The notes below the pieces were generated by a model. That model was not told the origin of the DNA, did not search any database, and saw only the letters and a program-made list of their open reading frames with translations. Shown here piece after piece: positions 48,534 through 57,387 of a DNA stretch of 64,000 bases. Origin of the DNA: an uncultured virus (IMG/VR IMGVR_UViG_3300027963_003549) (lineage: Duplodnaviria > Heunggongvirae > Uroviricota > Caudoviricetes); the IMG/VR virus record IMGVR_UViG_3300027963_003549, one strand, 5' to 3'. A program made the translations under genes and the position numbers. Numbering within the stretch: position 1 is the first letter of the stretch; the number at the start of each line of letters is the position of its first letter.

Positions 48534-49139
48534 TTATTTATTCATATATGTTTTAAACCCTTCAATATCGTCATTTGAACCTAAAATAAGTACTTGATTC
48601 ATATCTAAAACCACATATTGTGTATTATATTTTGTAAATTTGGATAAGAAATCGGTCACTATAATACCATCTGAATTATTTTCTTTCATTTGTTCTAATC
48701 CTTTATCTGTTATAGTATCAGCACCAAATTTCCATCTAGACCAAATTTTTTTATCTAATGGTCTTTCTATATTTAATAACGCAAAATATATCTGACTTCT
48801 TGACATGTAATCTTTATCTCCCGCCCTTAAATAACTCTTAGCCCTATTTTTACTACCTGTGAAATAAATCCCATGTTTTCCACCATATTCACCTGTAAAA
48901 GAATCTTTACCTCTATCATGAGGATTTAGAGTACCACCATGATAAACAATTTCATTTACTTTACTATTTGGAAAAACACTATTTAAATACTCTAAATAAT
49001 CTTGTATATCACCATATTTTGATAGGTCATTAAAATTATTAAATATATCTGTTACAATATTCGCCTTATTTTCGTTTAACTCCTGTCCTTCAACAAACTC
49101 TCGTATGGTTTTTTTTATGGACGTTCTCAGATTTCTCAT
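48534..49139 (-). CDS. ADP-ribosyltransferase-like protein (ART-PolyVal type)
   Basis: IVYHGG, GIYFT......SY, LNIERPL, DGII and QYVV motifs. Confidence 0.6.
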   Translation of the reverse strand: MRNLRTSIKKTIREFVEGQELNENKANIVTDIFNNFNDLSKYGDIQDYLEYLNSVFPNSKVNEIVYHGGTLNPHDRGKDSFTGEYGGKHGIYFTGSKNRAKSYLRAGDKDYMSRSQIYFALLNIERPLDKKIWSRWKFGADTITDKGLEQMKENNSDGIIVTDFLSKFTKYNTQYVVLDMNQVLILGSNDDIEGFKTYMNK

Positions 49140-49172
49140 CGTTTTCTTTTATATATAAAAATTCAAATTTTT

Positions 49173-50783
49173 TCACTTTTTACTCTTGAAAAGTTTTTCT
49201 TTATACTTTTCGTAGTTAATTCCTTTAACCAACCCTCTTTTATTGGGGTCCAAAATCTTTGCCGCCCTTACAGCCGAAAAGAATTCAGACATATAACCTC
49301 TTTGGGTTATCGGCCAACCACCACCAGGGATAAAATATTCACCGTCCTTTTTAACCAATCTTCCTGTCTTTACTAAGAAGTCCACTCTCGTACCGGTAAT
49401 ACCTTCAGGTAATGAATCCATGTACTTATACAAATCCATAAGGTTCTTACTTCTTTTTTCAAATGTATATTTGTCCAAGAATTTTTCTTTCATACCGAAC
49501 TTTTTCAATACCTCAACACTATCATTATATACCGCAATACGCCAATTAGCATATAAATCACGACTAATATTATCAATAAAACTTTCAATTTGGTCAACAT
49601 TAAAATTTTCAACGGGAATAACTCTTCCGACAGAATCAAACATTTTCATACCATCATTCATTTCAAAATCCATACCAAGACCTATTGTCTTTTCTGAGGG
49701 AGATGGTATAACACTTAAACTTGCATGACCATCTGAATATGGAAATTCAGTTCTTCTGGATAACGGGATATCAACTTCGTGTTTGTTATTAAATAAAATT
49801 CCAGTTAGATTCATTGAATAAAAAAATCCCAATGTGTTAACGTCAAATTTATCAACTAATTGTAAACTTAATTGATATTCCAACTTGTATTTATCCATAG
49901 TAAAAATAAAGGTTGTCCTCCAAATATAATTTTGGTATTGGGTAAAAAATTTACTTGTTGCAAGTTCAATTAATTGATTAATATCAACTTTATTTTCTTC
50001 CTCAATCTTTCTAAACGCCTCATCGGGAACAAATGTCATAAACATTCCCAATTCACCAGGTGTTAATAAATCATCCTTTGAATCATACCATTCACCTTGT
50101 TCAACATCTCTAGTTCCATATTTGAGGTGTAATGCAATCTTATAAAACTGGTTTTCAGGTGGAACATTCTTTAAGATAATATAATACAATCCACCTTTTG
50201 AACTATAATTCTCATAGTAACTCGGATTATCTTTTGAAGTTGTGCACCACTTTGTACCAGCACCATAATAACAAGAAGATTCAAATGATAATGGTCTAAC
50301 AATTAAAACCTTGTCATTTTCAAAAATTCTTTTGGTATTTGATTTAACCTCGTCTTTTAATTGTTTATTAGTTTTTTCTTGCATTAACTTATCCGTGAAA
50401 TCTAAAAACTGAAAAAATGTATTACCAACATAATCATTCAAATCATTCTTATCATATTTTGATTTGTTGTTATCAAAAAACCATACTTTTTGAACAATGT
50501 TTTCGTACATATCCATCGTCGTTCTAAGATGACGTAACGCAATATCTCTACGAAGAGGTTCAATCTCATCAACATTCAAATCATTGTCAAACCAATCATA
50601 ATTAAAATATTGGTTAACCAATGGGTCCAAATATTTGTAATTGGTTTGTTTCATAAAATCGTCATTAACCAATACATCATAAAATGATAATGGTTGGACA
50701 TCTGAAACTAATTTACGTTCATTGTCAATTAGTTTCTTATATTTCTCATATACGTTTTCTTTTCTTCCTTCAGTTAAAACCAT
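49173..50783 (-). CDS. hypothetical protein with PcfJ-like domain
   Basis: RIFENDKVLIVRPLSFESSCYYGAGTKWCT. Confidence 0.72.
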   Translation of the reverse strand: MVLTEGRKENVYEKYKKLIDNERKLVSDVQPLSFYDVLVNDDFMKQTNYKYLDPLVNQYFNYDWFDNDLNVDEIEPLRRDIALRHLRTTMDMYENIVQKVWFFDNNKSKYDKNDLNDYVGNTFFQFLDFTDKLMQEKTNKQLKDEVKSNTKRIFENDKVLIVRPLSFESSCYYGAGTKWCTTSKDNPSYYENYSSKGGLYYIILKNVPPENQFYKIALHLKYGTRDVEQGEWYDSKDDLLTPGELGMFMTFVPDEAFRKIEEENKVDINQLIELATSKFFTQYQNYIWRTTFIFTMDKYKLEYQLSLQLVDKFDVNTLGFFYSMNLTGILFNNKHEVDIPLSRRTEFPYSDGHASLSVIPSPSEKTIGLGMDFEMNDGMKMFDSVGRVIPVENFNVDQIESFIDNISRDLYANWRIAVYNDSVEVLKKFGMKEKFLDKYTFEKRSKNLMDLYKYMDSLPEGITGTRVDFLVKTGRLVKKDGEYFIPGGGWPITQRGYMSEFFSAVRAAKILDPNKRGLVKGINYEKYKEKLFKSKK

Positions 50784-50838
50784 ACTAATAAATACTTCAA
50801 ACTAATAAAAAACCCCGACTTGTGATCGGGGTTATATC

Positions 50839-51954
50839 TTAAAGATTTTTTGAAATACTGATGATCAGGTTCATATCGGTGAGTTGAATAGTATTTTCCA
50901 TTAGAATCCGTTTACGCCGTTGACGGTGGTGTATTTAAATTGAAGCTTGGCATCGGGGTAGATATGTTTGAAGGCACTTTGAACCATCAAAGTTCCTTCG
51001 TGAAAACCACAAAGGATGAGTTTTAGTTTTCCTGGATATTCATTGATGTCGCCGATGGCGTAAATTCCGGGAATGTTGGTGCTGTAATCAAAGGTATCTA
51101 CGGCAATTCCGTTTTTGTCGAGGTTCAATCCCCAATCAGCAATTGGTCCGAGTTTAGGAGATAACCCGAACAACGGTAAGTAATAATCGGTAAGATACGT
51201 GGTGGTTTCACCGTTGTTGAAGGTGATGACCACTTCTTCTAATTTTCCGTTACCATTGAGTGCGGTTACTTCGGCTTCGGTTACCAATTTGATTTTTCCT
51301 GCGTGAGCCAATTCGGTAACCTTTTCAGCGGAATCGAGAGCACCACGGAAAGAAGAACGTCGATGTACTAGTACTACTTCCGCGGCAATATCGGCCAGAA
51401 TGATAGACCAATCAAGGGCTGAATCACCACCACCAGCTACAACAATGCGTTGATTTCTAAATTTTTCTGGTTCTTTAATGATGTAATCCACCCCTTTGTT
51501 TTCGAAATTCGATAAGTTCTCGATGGGTGGCTTGCGGGGTTCAAAAACACCTAATCCCGCAGCAATGACCACGCAAGGAGCTCGGTGAATCGTACCACAA
51601 GTGGTGATGATTTCGAATTTTCCGTCTTCGGTTTGACGTATTTCTTCAGCTCGTTCACCCAAGGTAAACCCTGGTTTGAAAGGAGCAATTTGCTCCATCA
51701 GATTGTGGATGAGGTCTCCGGCCAAAACGGAAGGAAATCCAGGAATATCGTAGATGGGTTTTTTGGGATAAATTTCGGTGCATTGTCCTCCCGGTTGGGG
51801 AAGATAATCGATCAAATGACAACGAAGCTTGATCAATCCGGCTTCAAATACGGTGAAAAGACCAACGGGGCCTGCCCCAATGATCAATAAATCGGTTTCA
51901 ATTGTGTGGTTCACGTTTTATAAAGGATTAAAGATTTTTTGAAATACTGATGAT
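50839..51954. repeat. 27-bp perfect direct repeat flanking the oxidoreductase gene
   Basis: TTAAAGATTTTTTGAAATACTGATGAT at 50839-50865 and 51928-51954. Confidence 0.9.
50901..51914 (-). CDS. TrxR-type ferredoxin/flavodoxin-NADP(+) reductase (host-derived)
   Basis: IIGAGPVGLF, GGQCTEIYPKKPIYDIPGF, GGGDSALDW, VHRR and YAIGDI..YPGKLKLI motifs; no CxxC; visibly GC-richer than its flanks. Confidence 0.9.
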   Translation of the reverse strand: MNHTIETDLLIIGAGPVGLFTVFEAGLIKLRCHLIDYLPQPGGQCTEIYPKKPIYDIPGFPSVLAGDLIHNLMEQIAPFKPGFTLGERAEEIRQTEDGKFEIITTCGTIHRAPCVVIAAGLGVFEPRKPPIENLSNFENKGVDYIIKEPEKFRNQRIVVAGGGDSALDWSIILADIAAEVVLVHRRSSFRGALDSAEKVTELAHAGKIKLVTEAEVTALNGNGKLEEVVITFNNGETTTYLTDYYLPLFGLSPKLGPIADWGLNLDKNGIAVDTFDYSTNIPGIYAIGDINEYPGKLKLILCGFHEGTLMVQSAFKHIYPDAKLQFKYTTVNGVNGF

Positions 51955-52182
51955 TAGTTCCGTTTCTTCATTTGTCAATGTTAGATAGTTGGATTTAATC
52001 TTATCAATCGCTTCACTGAATTCTAAATAAAAAAGACCTCGAGGTTCTGATTGGGGATCTTTACCATTTTGTTTATTTTGCCAATCCAATAACAATTCCA
52101 ACATTTCTTCTCGTTCAGAATCATCCATTTCACGAAAATACTCACTTGGATAAACATCAACTTCAGTAGTAAAGTAAGCCAT
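51928..52182 (-). CDS. hypothetical protein
   Basis: 84-aa ORF whose 3' end forms the direct repeat. Confidence 0.7.
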   Translation of the reverse strand: MAYFTTEVDVYPSEYFREMDDSEREEMLELLLDWQNKQNGKDPQSEPRGLFYLEFSEAIDKIKSNYLTLTNEETELIISISKNL

Positions 52183-52183
52183 A

Positions 52184-52405
52184 TTAGAACATATTATTTA
52201 AAAATTCTTCCTCAATTTCACTAATCGCAGCATTTTGATCAAAATCTTCAGGAACGTCATCCTCAAAATTTACTGAATCCACGACCCAATTATCCCAATC
52301 ATTCCAATGTGCGTCAATAGAAATTTTGTAATCTTGGTATTCACCAAAGAATGTTTCATTTTTACTCGTTAATACCGAGTCATCATAGTTAATGTTTATG
52401 CTCAT
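52184..52405 (-). CDS. hypothetical acidic protein
   Basis: 73-aa ORF. Confidence 0.7.
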   Translation of the reverse strand: MSININYDDSVLTSKNETFFGEYQDYKISIDAHWNDWDNWVVDSVNFEDDVPEDFDQNAAISEIEEEFLNNMF

Positions 52406-52426
52406 AAAAAAATAATTTTAAGTTTG

Positions 52427-52512
52427 TACTAGAGGCCGGATTCGAACCAGCACGGATGCTACCATCCAAAGGGGCTTAAACCCTTCGTGTCTACCAATTT
52501 CACCACTCAAGC
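52427..52512 (-). tRNA. tRNA-Leu(TAA)
   Basis: Anticodon arm AAGGG-TTTAAGC-CCCTT; variable arm GGATG-GTAG-CATCC. Confidence 0.9.
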
Positions 52513-52519
52513 ATTTTTG

Positions 52520-52592
52520 TGGGCCCTGTAGGACTCGAACCTACGACTGTCACGTTATGAGCGTGATTTTCTACCTGCTGAAATAAGAACCC
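52520..52592 (-). tRNA. tRNA-CAT, probably Ile2 (lysidine type); Met not excluded
   Basis: Anticodon arm TCACG-CTCATAA-CGTGA; G1-C72; lacks the initiator GGG/CCC anticodon stem. Confidence 0.8.
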
Positions 52593-52600
52593 TAAATTTG

Positions 52601-52673
52601 TTGGAACGATGGGAATCGAACCCATGACCTGATGTGTATAAGACATCTGCTCTAACCCCTGAGCTACGTTCCA
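52601..52673 (-). tRNA. tRNA-Ile(TAT)
   Basis: Anticodon arm GATGT-CTTATAC-ACATC. Confidence 0.9.
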
Positions 52674-52722
52674 ATTAAAACCCCGTGTCGCGGGCTACGT
52701 AAACGCGGTCATCTCAAAATTT

Positions 52723-52797
52723 TGGTAGTCCCACAGGGATTCGAACCCCAATTCTCGCATTAGAAGTGCGATGTCCTATCCATTGAACGATGGAACC
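52723..52797 (-). tRNA. tRNA-Arg(TCT)
   Basis: Anticodon arm TCGCA-CTTCTAA-TGCGA; CCA encoded. Confidence 0.92.
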
Positions 52798-52847
52798 ATT
52801 TCTTTAACAACGCTACAAAGGTAGAAATAAATATTCAATAAGTCAAA

Positions 52848-53231
52848 TTATTTTGAAACAAAAACTCCTTTACCTAAAGTGTGCAATTTTTCAACCCGAC
52901 TATTATCAGCAATTTCACCATCAATAACCCAATTTGGTTGTACTCTTGGGTTATACTTAACTTGTTGGATATTGTCCATGATTTTTGTTTCTGATAATAC
53001 TGTAATCTCATCACACAAAATCCAAGCACATACTGTTTTATGAGATCCTTCAAAAATCTTTGTTGCCGTCTTTTTGTGGTTTTTGAGAACACATCCATTC
53101 ATCACAAGTTGCACATCATCAGGACTGAGATATTCCACCATACCATTTGGGTGTTCAACCTTCCACTTCATAAAGTTCTTACCTGAACTTAAGTTAAATC
53201 GGACTTTGATGGTCTTTCTCATTTTGACCAC
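52848..53231 (-). CDS. hypothetical protein
   Basis: KVRFNLSSGKNFMKWKV...HKTVCAWILC. Confidence 0.75.
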   Translation of the reverse strand: MVKMRKTIKVRFNLSSGKNFMKWKVEHPNGMVEYLSPDDVQLVMNGCVLKNHKKTATKIFEGSHKTVCAWILCDEITVLSETKIMDNIQQVKYNPRVQPNWVIDGEIADNSRVEKLHTLGKGVFVSK

Positions 53232-53500
53232 TCCTTCTCAACTGACCAACGTGGGTGTAAATCCCAATACTCTTCACAAAGAAAAATAATCGTGTTTTCT
53301 TTGTGGTTCTCTACTCGGACAATACCTTTTTGCATTAGAGCCAATAACATTCCACGAACAATGATTTCAGATAATTTTGTTACCTTAACTAAATCTTTTT
53401 CTTGGACATCTGAGACACCAATATTCGAATACAATTGTGCGATGAAAGCATCAAGTACTTTTTCCTCAAGTTGGGTTAGGTTTAATGTTTCGATTGTCAT
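53219..53500 (-). CDS. Winged-helix-like small protein
   Basis: LTQLEEKVL...VRGMLLALMQKGIV; TACCTTTG promoter upstream. Confidence 0.55.
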   Translation of the reverse strand: MTIETLNLTQLEEKVLDAFIAQLYSNIGVSDVQEKDLVKVTKLSEIIVRGMLLALMQKGIVRVENHKENTIIFLCEEYWDLHPRWSVEKEWSK

Positions 53501-53560
53501 AACGTTTGTTTGTTTAGTATGACAAAGGTACATCAAAGTTTTCAAACGCACAACACCTAA

Positions 53561-53740
53561 TTACAATTTTTTTATTTCATATTTGTAACCTGAGTCTGAA
53601 TTGTTCTGAAACAATAGTTTATAATTCTCAGCATCAACATCATTATCAAATTCTAAGATCTCAGAATGAGAATCAACCAAAATTACAGGTAACTCAATAC
53701 CATCATTACTCTTGATATACTTTACAATAACGTACGACAT
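53561..53740 (-). CDS. hypothetical protein (59 aa)
   Basis: MSYVIVKYIKSNDGIELPVILVDSHSEILEF...YEIKKL*, below the ORF-track length cutoff. Confidence 0.6.
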   Translation of the reverse strand: MSYVIVKYIKSNDGIELPVILVDSHSEILEFDNDVDAENYKLLFQNNSDSGYKYEIKKL

Positions 53741-53855
53741 ATTTTAACTTTTTCTTCAAACATAAATGATAAATACGAGATAATCAACAATATTTATGAA
53801 TGAACTTGTTTTTTCAAACATTTAATCTTAAATTTGAAACATAAAATAAAAAATT

Positions 53856-54344
53856 ATGGAATCAGTACTAGTATTAAATGCGGACTTCACACCACTTAAT
53901 GTCACTACCTTACAAAAAGGGGTGGGATTGGTATTTCGTGGAAAAGCGGAAATCCTAAGAGAATCTACTGATCCTATTGTGTCAGGTTTCAAAAAATTTG
54001 CAAGACCTGTAATCATTCGTCTTCTGAGATACATAAACTACAGAAAAGGATCAGTTAAGTTAAACAGAAAGAGATTGTTCAAAAGAGACAATAACTCTTG
54101 TGTCTATTGTGGTAATACTAAAAAACTTACGATTGATCATATCTTACCGAGAAGTAGAGGTGGAAAAAACTCTTGGGAGAATTTGGTAACCGCATGTCTT
54201 CCTTGTAACTTGAAGAAAGGTGATAAAACACCAGAAGAAGCCGGAATGAAAATGAAATCAAAACCATACACACCAAATGTTATTTCATCGGTTTTTAATT
54301 CAGAACTTACCGAGATTTATTTGGATTATATGAAATCCTATTAA
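53856..54344 (+). CDS. HNH endonuclease (McrA/HNH_5-like)
   Basis: VLVLNADFTPL, RDNNSCVYCG, LTIDHILPRSRGG and WENLVTACLPCNLKKG motifs. Confidence 0.92.
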   Translation: MESVLVLNADFTPLNVTTLQKGVGLVFRGKAEILRESTDPIVSGFKKFARPVIIRLLRYINYRKGSVKLNRKRLFKRDNNSCVYCGNTKKLTIDHILPRSRGGKNSWENLVTACLPCNLKKGDKTPEEAGMKMKSKPYTPNVISSVFNSELTEIYLDYMKSY

Positions 54345-54434
54345 CGGAGAAAGGGGACCGAAGTCCCCTTTTCCGAGATGATAAACCCCCCTCTCTCATT
54401 AACGGATTTATATCAACGGAGCCATCCGTGATGT

Positions 54435-55130
54435 TTAAGTTGTTACTTTTGTTTTTGCATTATCAATAACATCCTTTGTTTTGTTGGCAAACCCTTCAAT
54501 TTTTGGACAAATGATTGTTGAGATTTTATTTTCTAAACCATCAACAAATCTACTATCTAATATTGCGGTGGATATTTGATTTCTTATCATATCAACAATA
54601 CCACCACCCCACAAGTTATTAGTAAATGAACCACCTGCGGTTTTTTGGTCTAACATCTTCTTGAAATACCCTTCAACGATTGAATCCGCTATTATGTTTG
54701 ATAAAAAATTACAATCAGTTAACTTTGAAAATTCTCCTTTTCGTATAACATTACCTATACCAACAACTACGGTTTGTGCTAATAATGAATTTTTATATTC
54801 AGGTCCGAATAAACCTTCCATTAACCAAGAGGTAAATCTTTCACCTAAAAGTGCTGGAAACTCAGAAAAAAATCCACCAAAGATACCTAAGAAAGAATCT
54901 AATATACCTTCATTAATCACTGATTCAGTTAGACCTTGGTCAATTAAACGACTACGTTCAACCATAAGTCTTTCGAACATTTTGTTAAATTCTTTTTGAT
55001 TTGACATTGCGTTTTCATTAATTAATAACGAAAATCTACTTTTAACAATTTTTGATTCAATCAACAAAGAATTTTTCTTGTTCTTAGCCCCTTTCAATGA
55101 TTCGTGTAATTTATTTTTCAAAGTTTTCAT
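54435..55130 (-). CDS. hypothetical protein (possible virion/internal protein)
   Basis: Starts MKTLKNKLHES; several xxES/xxEG sites. Confidence 0.7.
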   Translation of the reverse strand: MKTLKNKLHESLKGAKNKKNSLLIESKIVKSRFSLLINENAMSNQKEFNKMFERLMVERSRLIDQGLTESVINEGILDSFLGIFGGFFSEFPALLGERFTSWLMEGLFGPEYKNSLLAQTVVVGIGNVIRKGEFSKLTDCNFLSNIIADSIVEGYFKKMLDQKTAGGSFTNNLWGGGIVDMIRNQISTAILDSRFVDGLENKISTIICPKIEGFANKTKDVIDNAKTKVTT

Positions 55131-55131
55131 A

Positions 55132-57387
55132 TTAAAATCTATTGTCAGTTTGTTTAGGTTGTGCTGGTTTTGGTGATGTTGCCATATATTTTCCTGCGGC
55201 AGGTGATAACACAAATTGTAAATATGTGTTCGCCTTCCTCAAGTCATATCTAGTGTTACCTCTATTATCTTTAATATTCTTGTATTTTGAATCATCTAGA
55301 CTTGTAATAACATCAGCTTCAAAACCTCTATCCGTAAGTCGTTTTAAGATATTTCTATTTTCATAATTACCTTCTCTCATACACTGAAGAACTGTTCTTT
55401 TTACCATATCAGTTCCAGGGATTATTGGATCAGTCGGTTCTGATGTTGTCGCGTAATGGTATAACAAGAATAAATCACCAAAACATCTTCCTAATGATTG
55501 TACTTGTGGTGAAATTCTTGTTTGTTTTCCACCTGAAACAACCGCAGATTCTCCACCCATTTTAAATAAATAAATTGTTTGTGGTTTTGTAACACCTAAC
55601 GCTGATAAATCAATTGTTAATGGTGTGTAATATTGATCTGTTCCTTGAGGTGGGTTTTTAAACTGATTAAAATCATCCTCAACTCCTCGATTGTAATTAT
55701 TGTAAGTATCTTTCCAATCTTGTGTTTGTGCATTCCAGTATGTATTTTTATTTTGTCCTAAAGTATCACCATATTTTTGAACTTCAGGGTTTGAACTTCC
55801 TTTGAAAAGTCGTGCTGCCATTTCAAAAACCTGACCTCTATATCCTTGTCTAATGTAAGTTCTTAACTGATTATATAAATCCTCCAACTGACCAAGGTCA
55901 CCAGGTTTTGATACATCAACACCTAATTTACCTGCCGCCTCAGAACCCGCAGATGTTTCGATTGTTGATATATTTGGACAATTAAGATTACGAGTGTATT
56001 TAAAAGATTTATCACCTGATTTTAATGTATAAACCTTAAGATTACCATCAACAATTATATTATATTTAACGGTTTGGTCATAATCAGCACTTGTTGATTT
56101 GTAAGTAATAGCTTCATTCCCTGGAAATCCAGCTACGGAGATATTTCTTAATATTGTTGCTTTACTTTTTATAGGATCTTTAATACAAAATTCCATAACA
56201 TCATTCAAAGGATAGTTAGCTTGGATTGGTTTTGCAGAAACTGCTTGCTCAATCAAAACATTTCTAACAATTCTACGAATAGATTCAGGTAAATCTGTTG
56301 TTGGTATTCCTCCAGTATCTAAAGGTTCGTCTTTTTTAGGTTCTGTCTTTTTATTAGACTTCTCACATTCTTTACTTCCCCAAATACCTGTCATTTCTAA
56401 TCCATAATTTTTTTGCCACTCCTTAACAGCGTCTGTAGTTTTACTACCAAACTTAGCATCAAGTACTAAGGTTTGCCACTCACCTCTATTTTGACTATTT
56501 AAATATTCTTGTAGTGTTCTAACCGATTCACCTTTCATACCTCTTTTAATATCCTTACCAACACAATATTCTGGTGCTGTCACATATGTTGTCTGATTTC
56601 GAGGTGGTGGTGGAGTATCAGGTGATACTGGTTCGGTTTGAGGTACGTCTGAAGGTAATGGAATATTCTCATCTTTCAAAAAGTACCATAGTGCTGCCGC
56701 AGTTATTCCAGTTGTTGCTGCCCATTTAAGAATTGATTTCCAATTCCAATTTTTATTTCTTAACAACCAAACCTTAATACTTTGTTTTTGAGAATCAGTA
56801 ACCGTCTTTACAACTTTTCCACCTGTTTTGGCTGAAGTTTTAGCTGAAGTTTTAGTAGTCGTCTTTACTGTAGACCCTGTTGATTTTTCAATTGCTTTAA
56901 TTTCTGCAGCAATATCTCTTGCGATATTATCTGAATAACCTGCCTGTTTTAGTTTATTAATTATAACCGCAGAATCCTGACCCGCCATTCTACTTGCCTT
57001 ACTAGCGGCAATCTCTTTAACTATATTACGTTCCAAACTTGGTGTAACTTTACCAGTATTCAATAAATTTTGAACAACTTTAGCTCCCTCAGCCCCTTTT
57101 AAAGTCTTACCAAATGATTTAACTAATGTTTCAGCATCTTTAATTACCGCACCACCCTTTAAAACCAATCCCGTATTCCCATAAACCTTTTTGAAAGCAC
57201 TTGCAAGTTCTTTAGCATAGGCAGCAGCACTCTTCGTTCCTATTTTTAAGGATTGAAACTGTTCGTCTAATTCATTAACATCTAAGTTTTCAGTTATTGT
57301 TTTAGTCAGATCATAATTCATTAGATATGAAATCTTTTCTAAATTTTCTCTTAAATTTTCCATACTCATATTTTTTTTTACGGCCAT
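55132..57387 (-). CDS. Large protein with TM helix and peptidoglycan-binding domain
   Basis: IKRGMKGESVRTLQEYLN..DAKFGSKTTDAVKEWQKNYGL..TGIWG (PG_binding_1-like). Confidence 0.7.
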   Translation of the reverse strand: MAVKKNMSMENLRENLEKISYLMNYDLTKTITENLDVNELDEQFQSLKIGTKSAAAYAKELASAFKKVYGNTGLVLKGGAVIKDAETLVKSFGKTLKGAEGAKVVQNLLNTGKVTPSLERNIVKEIAASKASRMAGQDSAVIINKLKQAGYSDNIARDIAAEIKAIEKSTGSTVKTTTKTSAKTSAKTGGKVVKTVTDSQKQSIKVWLLRNKNWNWKSILKWAATTGITAAALWYFLKDENIPLPSDVPQTEPVSPDTPPPPRNQTTYVTAPEYCVGKDIKRGMKGESVRTLQEYLNSQNRGEWQTLVLDAKFGSKTTDAVKEWQKNYGLEMTGIWGSKECEKSNKKTEPKKDEPLDTGGIPTTDLPESIRRIVRNVLIEQAVSAKPIQANYPLNDVMEFCIKDPIKSKATILRNISVAGFPGNEAITYKSTSADYDQTVKYNIIVDGNLKVYTLKSGDKSFKYTRNLNCPNISTIETSAGSEAAGKLGVDVSKPGDLGQLEDLYNQLRTYIRQGYRGQVFEMAARLFKGSSNPEVQKYGDTLGQNKNTYWNAQTQDWKDTYNNYNRGVEDDFNQFKNPPQGTDQYYTPLTIDLSALGVTKPQTIYLFKMGGESAVVSGGKQTRISPQVQSLGRCFGDLFLLYHYATTSEPTDPIIPGTDMVKRTVLQCMREGNYENRNILKRLTDRGFEADVITSLDDSKYKNIKDNRGNTRYDLRKANTYLQFVLSPAAGKYMATSPKPAQPKQTDNRF

